This document shows, in pieces, positions 21,893 through 30,117 of a stretch of 64,000 bases of DNA. Position numbers and translations under genes: made by a program. The notes beneath the pieces were generated by a model. That model searched no databases, was not told the origin of the DNA, and saw nothing but the letters and a program-made list of their open reading frames with translations. Each line of letters begins with the position of its first letter. The first letter of the stretch is position 1. The DNA is taken from positions 46,533 through 110,532 of the forward strand of contig JBDRLL010000006.1 of assembly GCA_043813075.1 (NCBI GenBank), written 5' to 3'. The stretch comes from Candidatus Altiarchaeota archaeon. Lineage in GTDB: Archaea > Altiarchaeota > Altiarchaeia > IMC4 > SCGC-AAA252-I15.

Positions 21893-22665
21893 ACATAGAG
21901 GCTTACTTGAAGAGGGACTACATTAGGAACATCATGAGCGATGGAAAGAGGATTGACGGCAGAGGATTCGACGAGCGCAGGAACCTTGAGATAGAGAAGG
22001 GATATGTGCTTGAGAAGGCTGACGGTTCCGCTCTAGTGAAGCTTGGAGGCACCCAGGTGCTTGTCGGCATAAGCATGGACGTTGGGGAGCCATACTCAGA
22101 CCGTCCGACGTCAGGAGTAATGACTACTAGCGCAGAGTTGAGGCCATTAGCGTCCCCATACTTTGAGTCAGGACCGCCAAGGGAGGAATCGATAGAACTG
22201 GCGAGGGTCGTTGACAGGGGTATACGCGAGTCAGGGATGATAGACGTCGACAAACTCTTCATCGAGGAGGGTAAAGTATGGATGGTGTTCATAGACCTGC
22301 ACATGCTGGACGACTGCGGTAACCTTTTGGACGCTTCCGGGATAGCTGCAGCAGCGGCCCTGCATGACTGCAGGCTGCCGAAATACGAGGACGGGCAGGT
22401 GATAAGGGGCGATTGGAAGGGCAAGCTGCCCATAACGTGCACGCCGATACCAAACACTTTCGCGAAAATCAGGGATACCATAGTCTTGGATCCCTTGAGC
22501 GACGAGGAATACGCCATGGACGCGAGGCTTACAGTTACCACAACAGACACGGTAAACGCCATGCAGAAGGGTGGTGAAGGAAAGTTCACGATAGATGAGA
22601 TAGAGGGTATTGTGGACAAGGCCTTCGAAAATTCCGGGAAAATAAGGGATTTAGTGGAGAAGTAA
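21889..22665 (+). CDS. rrp42: Exosome subunit Rrp42
   Basis: [24 protein letters not shown]. Confidence 0.97.
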   Translation: MNIEAYLKRDYIRNIMSDGKRIDGRGFDERRNLEIEKGYVLEKADGSALVKLGGTQVLVGISMDVGEPYSDRPTSGVMTTSAELRPLASPYFESGPPREESIELARVVDRGIRESGMIDVDKLFIEEGKVWMVFIDLHMLDDCGNLLDASGIAAAAALHDCRLPKYEDGQVIRGDWKGKLPITCTPIPNTFAKIRDTIVLDPLSDEEYAMDARLTVTTTDTVNAMQKGGEGKFTIDEIEGIVDKAFENSGKIRDLVEK

Positions 22666-22705
22666 AGGTTTTTATAACCTTCTTCCCTTATTATATGCTA
22701 CGAAA

Positions 22706-22936
22706 ATGTACAGTCACACAAGGAAAGTAGGGGGAATGGGCAGATACGGCCCCAGGGTAGGTCGTAAACTGCGTCACGAGGCCAAGAAGGTCGAGGACGA
22801 CGCTAGGAAGAGCAGGATATGCCCCTCCTGCAGCAGAACGCGTGTGAAAAGGGTTTCGAAGGGTATTTGGGCGTGCGCGTCATGCGGACACACATACACT
22901 GGAGGAACCCACTTGACGTCAACACCGAGAAGGTAA
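22706..22936 (+). CDS. rpl37ae: 50S ribosomal protein L37ae
   Basis: GRYGPRVG, CPSC...VKRVSKGIWACASC. Confidence 0.93.
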   Translation: MYSHTRKVGGMGRYGPRVGRKLRHEAKKVEDDARKSRICPSCSRTRVKRVSKGIWACASCGHTYTGGTHLTSTPRR

Positions 22937-22951
22937 TTAGGCGGGTAGAAT

Positions 22952-23104
22952 ATGGCTTATGTTTGCATTGAATGCGGGGCGGAATTCGACTACGAGGAGA
23001 TACTAAAGTCTAAGCTGAAGTGCACTTCATGCTCTGAGAAGAGGAGCAACATCTGGATAAAGAAAAGGCCTGAAAGCATGACAAAGGAAGTCCTTGCGAG
23101 ATGA
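22952..23104 (+). CDS. rpo12: RNA polymerase subunit P (Rpo12), 50 aa
   Basis: Below the track cutoff. My translation: MAYVCIECGAEFDYEEILKSKLKCTSCSEKRSNIWIKKRPESMTKEVLAR, a zinc ribbon in the canonical position after rpl37ae. Confidence 0.88.
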   Translation: MAYVCIECGAEFDYEEILKSKLKCTSCSEKRSNIWIKKRPESMTKEVLAR

Positions 23105-23328
23105 ATTCTCTTAGAGTACTGTTTGAGATTCCGAGGGAGGATGCTGACGTCATATGCGAGTCCGTGGGGATCGAAGCATCATCCGTCAAGCACGAGCGTT
23201 CTAACGTGAGATTGCACTATGAGGATGGGCTTGTCCTGGATGTTGAGGCGAAAGACCTCCACGCCATGAGGGCTGCTGTCAACACCTATTTAAGGTGGAT
23301 AAGCATGGCCCAGAAGCTCATCGAATAG
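23101..23328 (+). CDS. pcc1: KEOPS complex subunit Pcc1
   Basis: ERS.V...L.L.VEAKDLHAMRAAVNTYLRWI. Confidence 0.9.
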   Translation: MNSLRVLFEIPREDADVICESVGIEASSVKHERSNVRLHYEDGLVLDVEAKDLHAMRAAVNTYLRWISMAQKLIE

Positions 23329-23357
23329 TTTTAAGATAGTATGGCGTATAGTATTTA

Positions 23358-23945
23358 ATGCCAAAGAACGCTAGCGCGGGAGGACAATCCAGCGGCAGAC
23401 AGCAGGACCCTGATTCTAAGAAACAAGACCAGGTGAGGAGTATTGACGTCTCCTTCACCCCCGAAGAAAGGAGGCTGGTGGACTACGGGGACGGGAAAGC
23501 GGACTTCGCTTCAGTGAGAACCCAGTTGAACGGCATAGCCGCGAGGATTGCCAAGCTGAACGAGACTCGGAAGCGGATTACGGCACTGGCGGGAGTGGTT
23601 TTGAAGGCCATGGACAAGGAGGAGTTGACTCCTAATGAGGCTGCAGCATTGGGTAAGCTGAGGGAGAGGTATGCTGGTAGCTTCAGGGGCAAGGATGGCG
23701 CGGAACTGCCTGACATGATGGTCTTGATGGGCATAGGGGGTGAGCTGACTGAGCAGGCGGGGAGGAACCCGTTGAGTTTTCCTGAAGACCATGCCATAAG
23801 GCACTACATTGGGGAGAGGATGTTGGCCAGTGTGGAGGGGGGAAGGCCATTAAACCAGGTTGAATCCAGGGTCAACGACTTCATCACCTCGGTGGGGGTA
23901 GTCCCGGACCCTAGGGCTGCTGGGGGCGGGCCAGGGAAGAAGTAG
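23358..23945 (+). CDS. Hypothetical (orphan-like) protein
   Basis: 195-aa ORF filling the gap between pcc1 and pfdB; no recognisable motif. Confidence 0.65.
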   Translation: MPKNASAGGQSSGRQQDPDSKKQDQVRSIDVSFTPEERRLVDYGDGKADFASVRTQLNGIAARIAKLNETRKRITALAGVVLKAMDKEELTPNEAAALGKLRERYAGSFRGKDGAELPDMMVLMGIGGELTEQAGRNPLSFPEDHAIRHYIGERMLASVEGGRPLNQVESRVNDFITSVGVVPDPRAAGGGPGKK

Positions 23946-23994
23946 GGTATGTGAAACTCATTTTTATAATATTCTTTCAATACTTTTAGGCAAC

Positions 23995-24351
23995 ATGGAC
24001 ATTCCAAAGCAACTACAGGACAAGATAGCGCAGTTCCAGAACCTGCAGAACCAGCTGCAGATGGTCTCGATACAGAAGCAGCAGCTGATGCTCCAGAAGA
24101 CTGAGATAGAGAACGCTAGGAAAGAGTTGGATGACGTCAAAGAGGGGAAGGTTTACATGATGGCGGGCCCCATACTCTTGGAGAAGGACAGGGAGTCCTG
24201 CGGCAAGAAGCTGGAGGATGATTCCGGACTGGCTTCGACAAAGATAACGGTGCTTGAGAAGCAGGAGAAGAAGCTGGCGGAAAAGTTCAATGAAATGAGG
24301 TCTGAGATACAGGGCATGATACCGGGTTCAGGCGGCGGTAAAGGCGGTTGA
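23995..24351 (+). CDS. pfdB: Prefoldin beta subunit
   Basis: MDIPKQLQ...Q-rich helix, VYMMAGPILL, LEKQEKKL. Confidence 0.93.
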   Translation: MDIPKQLQDKIAQFQNLQNQLQMVSIQKQQLMLQKTEIENARKELDDVKEGKVYMMAGPILLEKDRESCGKKLEDDSGLASTKITVLEKQEKKLAEKFNEMRSEIQGMIPGSGGGKGG

Positions 24352-24390
24352 AATACCTTTAATTAGCGTGAATAGTAATTAATTTCTGAG

Positions 24391-25911
24391 ATGCCAGAGC
24401 TACTAGACTCCTATGGTAACGTAAAGATTATGTCAGGCTCGGAAGAGCAGCTTCCATACTACATCGTCCTCGAGCCAGAACTAAACGAGGATGAGAAGAA
24501 CATACTCGCACACGACAGCTCGCTGATAGGGAACTACAAGGAGGTTATGGACGACCTTGGGAGGATACACAGCACTTCAGAGAAGGAGGAATTCCTCAAG
24601 GAATACTTGAAGACCAGGATAAAGGATAGGAACGTCAGGGAAGAGAACCTCAGCCACATTGTGTCTGCCATAATGGACGACCTTTTCCTAGGATACAATA
24701 GGCTTGGGCCGCTCATGCGGGACGAGGCCCTTGAGGAGATCATGGTCAACGGTGTTGAGACACCGGTTTTCGTGGTGCACAGGAGACATGGTATGTGCAC
24801 CACCAACATAACGTTCGAGACCGTGCAGGAGATAAATGATATCATAAACTGGCTTTCGAACTATGTCGGGAGGAAGATAAACGAGGAAAACCCGCTTTTG
24901 GACGCCCACATGCCGGACGGCTCGAGGGCTAACGTGGCGATACCGCCAGCCGCACCCTACGGCCCTGCGATAACAATCAGGAAGTTCAAGAAGACCCCGT
25001 ATAATATGGTCGACTTGATAAAGATAGGTAGCGTGAGCAGTGAACTAGCCGCATTTCTCTGGGTCTGCGTGGAAGGCCTTGGGATAGCCCCAAAGGACAT
25101 CCTGATTGCGGGAGGCGCTGGATCGGGCAAGACGACGCTGATGAACGCGCTCGCAATGTTCATACCCAAGACAGAGAGGATAGTTACGGTTGAGGACACT
25201 CTGGAGTTGAACTTCGAGTTCATCGAGAACTGGGTGCCATTGGAGGCTTCACCCACGACCATGAAGCAGTCAGACACCCTGACCATGCACAACCTGCTGA
25301 AAAACAGCCTGCGTATGAGGCCGGACAGGGTCATAGTGGGTGAAGTCAGGGGTAAGGAGGCTGAGACGTTGTTTGTGGCCATGGATATCGGCTTGGAGGG
25401 TTCGATGGGCACACTTCACGCGAACAATGCGAGGGAGACTACGATACGCCTCATGGACGAGCCCATGAACGTGCCGCTAAGGATGATGCCTCTGCTAAAC
25501 CTTATAGTCGTCATGAACAGGATTTTCGACCGTAAGAGGGGTATGATGAGGCGTGTGACACAGGTGTCTGAGATTTCAGGTATTGAGGCTGACGTAGTCC
25601 AGTTGGGTGACATATACAGGTATGATCTTAACGCGGATAAGATAGTTAGGACGGAATACCCCATACTGTTGACCGAGAAGATAGCTGCCAAGTGCGCTGT
25701 ATCAAAGAAGAGGATAAACAATGAGATACTTATCAGACAGAAGGTTCTGGAACACATGGTGGCGAAGGACATCACGGATAACGATAAGGCTGTGGAGATG
25801 TTCCAGAAGTACCATGTGAACCCGAGGTCGGTTATAAGCCATATCAGGGATGGCTATCAGAACCTGCCGGAAAATGACAACTCACTTGACGATGCCGTTA
25901 AGAATGATTAG
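24391..25911 (+). CDS. Type II/IV secretion or pilus assembly ATPase (CpaF/VirB11 family)
   Basis: EEIMVNG, DGSR, GGAGSGKTT, VEDTLEL, LRMRPDRVIVGEVRG, GTLHAN. Confidence 0.93.
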   Translation: MPELLDSYGNVKIMSGSEEQLPYYIVLEPELNEDEKNILAHDSSLIGNYKEVMDDLGRIHSTSEKEEFLKEYLKTRIKDRNVREENLSHIVSAIMDDLFLGYNRLGPLMRDEALEEIMVNGVETPVFVVHRRHGMCTTNITFETVQEINDIINWLSNYVGRKINEENPLLDAHMPDGSRANVAIPPAAPYGPAITIRKFKKTPYNMVDLIKIGSVSSELAAFLWVCVEGLGIAPKDILIAGGAGSGKTTLMNALAMFIPKTERIVTVEDTLELNFEFIENWVPLEASPTTMKQSDTLTMHNLLKNSLRMRPDRVIVGEVRGKEAETLFVAMDIGLEGSMGTLHANNARETTIRLMDEPMNVPLRMMPLLNLIVVMNRIFDRKRGMMRRVTQVSEISGIEADVVQLGDIYRYDLNADKIVRTEYPILLTEKIAAKCAVSKKRINNEILIRQKVLEHMVAKDITDNDKAVEMFQKYHVNPRSVISHIRDGYQNLPENDNSLDDAVKND

Positions 25912-26480
25912 GCTATCTTTTCCTTGCAGTTGTCGCGCATAGGCTTCTTGACTATCTTATCGCAGACGCTGGCGTCCTTTGTGTTGAGTGCTATCCCAAA
26001 GTAACATGATTCCCTGGCCTGGCTCTCGAGTTTCCCGCACGCCCCCGTATCCCCGCTGGCGACAGCCTTAACGCTCTTAATCATCTCTGGGCATAGTTCC
26101 CTAAGCTTTTGGTCGCCTATCTTCTTGCACGTCGTTTCATCTGTCTTGTTGACGGCTATCCGGTAGTAGCAGATGTCTCGGACAGTCTTTGTCTGTATTC
26201 CGTCACACGCCCGGACGTTGTTAAGTCTGACTGCAACATCCCTTATGCAAACGTCCTTAAGCTTTTCGCTCTCAATTGTGTCGCAAGCCTTCAGATCCTT
26301 ACCGCCCCTCACATCCCTGAAGTCCGCCAGGTCCTCTGAGATTTGAGGCGATCTTGAAGGCCTCTTCTGGACGTTTGATTTTTTGACGGTGGTCTTGCTC
26401 GTGTCAGTAGTGTTTTCCGCGACGCACCCGAGGAATAAACAGAATACCGTGAGTAGTGCGATTGATGTAAGATATCTCAT
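25908..26480 (-). CDS. Putative lipoprotein with ~26-aa Cys-pair repeats
   Basis: Signal peptide with FLGC; five C-x-x-[IL]-x(4-5)-[RK]-[DE]-x-C units. Confidence 0.8.
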   Translation of the reverse strand: MRYLTSIALLTVFCLFLGCVAENTTDTSKTTVKKSNVQKRPSRSPQISEDLADFRDVRGGKDLKACDTIESEKLKDVCIRDVAVRLNNVRACDGIQTKTVRDICYYRIAVNKTDETTCKKIGDQKLRELCPEMIKSVKAVASGDTGACGKLESQARESCYFGIALNTKDASVCDKIVKKPMRDNCKEKIA

Positions 26481-26530
26481 GATAATAAAAATTATAATCA
26501 GGGTTTATAAACAGAGTTAAGGGGGGTTTG

Positions 26531-26810
26531 CAGTGGCGTTTAGCCCGTCTTGTGTAAGCCTTTTCACCCGCAATGCGGGTATTGGCTTTTGGCTCATTCT
26601 TCTAATCCCATTCAAGATGGTTTCACCAGGCATGGTGTGCCGCTCGTCTCAAACGTCCAGCATGCAACTCCGTAATCACTTCACTGTTAGCGCACACTGG
26701 ATTCTCGTCTCTTCAACGCCACACGGGGACTCTCGCCCCCATCATGCCGTAGCTGGTGGACGGAACTTCCTCATTCCCTTTTTGGAGGTATGGTAGAGCC
26801 TACGCCACTA
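26531..26810 (-). ncRNA. rnpB: RNase P RNA (compact, type M-like)
   Basis: On the minus strand: P1 UAGUGGCGU/ACGCCACUG, CR-I GAGGAAGUUCCGUCCACC, CR-V ACAAGACGGGCUA, P2 GGCUC/GAGCC, P7 GGCAUG/CAUGCC. Confidence 0.9.
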
Positions 26811-26884
26811 CGGTTTAATATCCAGTATGCTGTAAATAAAAATGCTTTTAACGAGCAGGAGTATTGTTATTAGGGGATTTTATC

Positions 26885-27088
26885 ATGTGTCTTGCGGTTC
26901 CGGTGAAGGTTTCTAGCGTGGATGGTTGCTGGGGCATTGTCTCGGCGGGAGGAGTTGGCAAGAGGGTTAGGGTAGATTTGGTTGACGTGAAGCTAGGAGA
27001 CTATGTCCTCGTTCACGCAGGGTTTGCGATATCCGTCTTGAAGGAGAAGGATGCGTTGGAGACTCTCAGGATACTGGGGGAGCTGTGA
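26885..27088 (+). CDS. hypC: Hydrogenase maturation chaperone HypC
   Basis: MCLAVP...GDYVLVHAGFAI; ATG 26885. Confidence 0.95.
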   Translation: MCLAVPVKVSSVDGCWGIVSAGGVGKRVRVDLVDVKLGDYVLVHAGFAISVLKEKDALETLRILGEL

Positions 27089-28116
27089 TGGACGAGAAAA
27101 CCGCTGTCAATAGGATACTGGGGAGAATACTTGACGAGGCATCCGGACTGGATAGGAGGGTTAGGATAATGGAGGTGTGTGGGACGCACACCATGGTCAT
27201 AACAAGTAGCGGGCTGAGAAGCCTGCTTCCAGAGGGTGTTGAACTAATATCAGGCCCAGGGTGTCCTGCATGCGTTACACCACAGAGGACAGTCAACCAA
27301 GCTGTCGCCCTCGCTATGGAAGGGCTTTCGCTGGCAACTTTCGGTGACATGCTGGATGTGCCATGCCCCAATGGTTCTCTGGCTGGCGCGAAGGCTGGTG
27401 GCGCTGACGTTAATGTCGTTGAAAGCCCGATTGACGCCTTAGGGTATGACGTTTTTTTCGCTATCGGATTCGACACTACAGCCCCTAACACTGCAGTGGC
27501 TGTTGGGGAGGGGCTTACCGTATTGAACGCCCACAAGAGGTTCTTGCCGGCCATGAAGGCGTTACTCGAATCTGGGGAGGTGGGTGTAGACGGTTTCATC
27601 AATCCAGGTCATGTGTCCACGATAGTCGGCTCTGACGCATACGGAATCCTGGATGTGCCACAGGTTGTGGCTGGATTCACTCCACTAGACGTGTTGGAGG
27701 CGGTTTTGATGCTTTTGAGGCAGATTAACAGGGGTGAGAGGAGGGTTGAGAACGAGTATTCGCGGGCGGTTGAGCCTGAAGGCAACCTGCGCGCCCAGAA
27801 GGTCCTGGACAGCGTGTTCTATACGGGTGATTCAGAGTGGAGAGGTCTTGGGGTTATACCAGACTCAGGATTCCTGCTGAGGAAGAGGTATGCGCAGCAG
27901 GATGCGGAAGTGGCATACGGGAGGACGCTGGAGAAAACACCCAATGTAGTGCCTAACAGGGGTTGTGTCTGCGGTGAAGTCCTGAGGGGCGTCATAGGCC
28001 CCCGCAAATGCAGGCTGTTCGGGAGGGATTGCACTCCTTCAGAACCGCAGGGGCCTTGCATGGTTTCTTCGGAGGGTTCCTGCAGGATTGAATACGAGTA
28101 CGGTGATCTGTTTTGA
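27085..28116 (+). CDS. hypD: Hydrogenase maturation protein HypD
   Basis: MEVCGTHT, GPGCPAC, PGHVS, C-terminal Fe-S cysteines, CMVSSEGSC. Confidence 0.95.
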   Translation: MMDEKTAVNRILGRILDEASGLDRRVRIMEVCGTHTMVITSSGLRSLLPEGVELISGPGCPACVTPQRTVNQAVALAMEGLSLATFGDMLDVPCPNGSLAGAKAGGADVNVVESPIDALGYDVFFAIGFDTTAPNTAVAVGEGLTVLNAHKRFLPAMKALLESGEVGVDGFINPGHVSTIVGSDAYGILDVPQVVAGFTPLDVLEAVLMLLRQINRGERRVENEYSRAVEPEGNLRAQKVLDSVFYTGDSEWRGLGVIPDSGFLLRKRYAQQDAEVAYGRTLEKTPNVVPNRGCVCGEVLRGVIGPRKCRLFGRDCTPSEPQGPCMVSSEGSCRIEYEYGDLF

Positions 28117-29084
28117 TAATGCTTAAGCATGGTGCGGGCGGGGAGAGCATGAACAAGCTCATCGATGGCATGCGGGATAGAATGCCTGACGGCGGATGGA
28201 TGGGAGTTAGGAAAGACTCCGCGTATGTGAAACACGGTAAATGCTACCTGGCTTACACTACTGACTCGTTCACGGTGAAGCCGTTGTTCTTCCCTGGAGG
28301 GGATATAGGCAAGCTGGCTGTCGCGGGGACGGTTAACGACCTGGCTGTGATGGGCGCAGACCCCATCGCATTGTCTCTGGCAGTCATAGTTGAGGAGGGT
28401 TTCCCTTGTGAAGAGTTGGGTAGGATAATAACCTCTGTTGGGAAGGAAGCGAGGAAGACTGGGGTTCCTGTGGTGACCGGCGACACCAAGGTAATGGGTC
28501 GCGGGGAGCTGGATGGGATATTACTGAATACTTCAGGCATAGGTAAGGCGAACACCATATTGGACGGGAAGATTGCGAGGGGTGACGTCATAATCGTCTC
28601 AGCCCCAGTGGGAGAACATGAAGCAAGCCTGCTTGCATCAAGGTTCAACTACAAGACGGGTTTGAAGAGCGACTGCAAGTCTCTCCTGGACGAGATGAGG
28701 GCTGTGAGGGGAATAGTGAAGACCGCTAAAGACCCGACGAGGGGGGGCCTAGTTTCCGCGCTAAACGACATCGCAGTTCAAAACAATGCAGTGTTAAGAC
28801 TCAATGAGGAGAGAATCCCTGTAAGGAAGCCTACCAAAGCGATAGCGGAATTCCTTGGAGTAAGCCCGATTCACATGGCCTGTGAGGGCGTGTTCACGTG
28901 TGTAGCAAGAAAAAAGGATGCTGACAGGGTTGTTGAAATACTCAGGGAGTACAATCCAAGAGCGTCTGTCATAGGCACTGTAGAGGATGTGGGTTCCAGT
29001 CATGGACTTGTCATGGAGACGAGCATAGGGGGTTTAAGGAGGATAAAACCTTCCGACGGCACGCTTAACCCAAGGATATGCTAG
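28113..29084 (+). CDS. hypE: Hydrogenase maturation protein HypE
   Basis: HGAGG, FFPGGDIGKLAVAGTVNDL, DPTRGG, C-terminal PRIC. Confidence 0.95.
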   Translation: MIMLKHGAGGESMNKLIDGMRDRMPDGGWMGVRKDSAYVKHGKCYLAYTTDSFTVKPLFFPGGDIGKLAVAGTVNDLAVMGADPIALSLAVIVEEGFPCEELGRIITSVGKEARKTGVPVVTGDTKVMGRGELDGILLNTSGIGKANTILDGKIARGDVIIVSAPVGEHEASLLASRFNYKTGLKSDCKSLLDEMRAVRGIVKTAKDPTRGGLVSALNDIAVQNNAVLRLNEERIPVRKPTKAIAEFLGVSPIHMACEGVFTCVARKKDADRVVEILREYNPRASVIGTVEDVGSSHGLVMETSIGGLRRIKPSDGTLNPRIC

Positions 29085-29117
29085 GTTCTTATTGTACGCG
29101 TCAAATAATATGCTAAC

Positions 29118-30113
29118 ATGAACCTTATTATCACAGGCGGTAATTCAGGCCTATTCAACGAACTGAAGCTGTTTGTGACTAGCCTCCGGGAGAACGGCAG
29201 GTATGAGGACAGGATAGTGGTGTGCGACAACTCCATTGAAGGAGAGTATGGGGGCCAGTGCAGTTTCGTGGAGGAGGCCACTTTCTCAAAGGAGCAGCTC
29301 GATTTCTTCAGGGAGCATGAGGTTGAGGTGGTAGTATTCCACGAGCTACTGAAGAAACACGGGGTGACGCGCGACATGATCGACCCCATCCAGAACATGC
29401 ACAGGGCCTATCCGTTTAAACTCGTTTATTCCTGCCTCATTTCGAAGGAGTATTTAGGCAGGGCTGAGAATACGTGTTTTTTTGACGCGGACGTTTATTT
29501 CCAGAAGCAGGTTAAGGAAGTGCTGGATGACATAAAGGATGATGTTATTTACGTGGCGCGTGAAAGAAAGAAGATAGGCGAGGTTGACTTGCTCGTTAAG
29601 TGGATGAGGGTGACTGACCTGTCTTTCGGAATTCCGAGAGAGCACTACGAGGACGTGATATTCAATAGGAAAACCAGCCTCAACACCGGATTCATCGGCG
29701 GTAGGACGGAGGTGTTCAACTCGCTGATGATTACTGCGTGGATAATGGCTTCGAGCAGGATAGTGAGGTTCCACAGTGACCAGCCAATAGTCAACTACAT
29801 GGACTACCTGAACTACCCAATCAAGCCGATACCAGCAAGCCACTTCCTTAACCTCTGCGACATACCAGAGAAGAACATCAAGTTTGACGAATCAACGAGG
29901 ATGTTCAGACACAAGTCTGATACCCCGAACATAGTTCACTTCAACGGTGAAAACAAGTACATGATCAACCTGCTTGTGCCAGACAACGTCAAGATTGAGG
30001 GGCCTTTATTCAACATTCTTAAGGGATTCCTGGGTGTGAGGAGCACCATGAGGGTATACAAGTTCTTGTATAAACTAGGGTACATGAGGCTAGCATCCAG
30101 CATGCATAAATAA
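29118..30113 (+). CDS. GT-A fold glycosyltransferase-like protein (GT8-like)
   Basis: FFDADV (DxD), LNTGFIGG, SDQPIVN, IVHFNG. Confidence 0.7.
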   Translation: MNLIITGGNSGLFNELKLFVTSLRENGRYEDRIVVCDNSIEGEYGGQCSFVEEATFSKEQLDFFREHEVEVVVFHELLKKHGVTRDMIDPIQNMHRAYPFKLVYSCLISKEYLGRAENTCFFDADVYFQKQVKEVLDDIKDDVIYVARERKKIGEVDLLVKWMRVTDLSFGIPREHYEDVIFNRKTSLNTGFIGGRTEVFNSLMITAWIMASSRIVRFHSDQPIVNYMDYLNYPIKPIPASHFLNLCDIPEKNIKFDESTRMFRHKSDTPNIVHFNGENKYMINLLVPDNVKIEGPLFNILKGFLGVRSTMRVYKFLYKLGYMRLASSMHK

Positions 30114-30117
30114 AGGA

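Noticed and set aside
19740-22619. Long minus-strand ORFs (402, 179 and 233 aa)
   Set aside because: Antisense to SBDS, rrp4, rrp41 and rrp42, with no protein motifs of their own.
26533-26796. 87-aa + strand ORF
   Set aside because: It lies antisense to the RNase P RNA.
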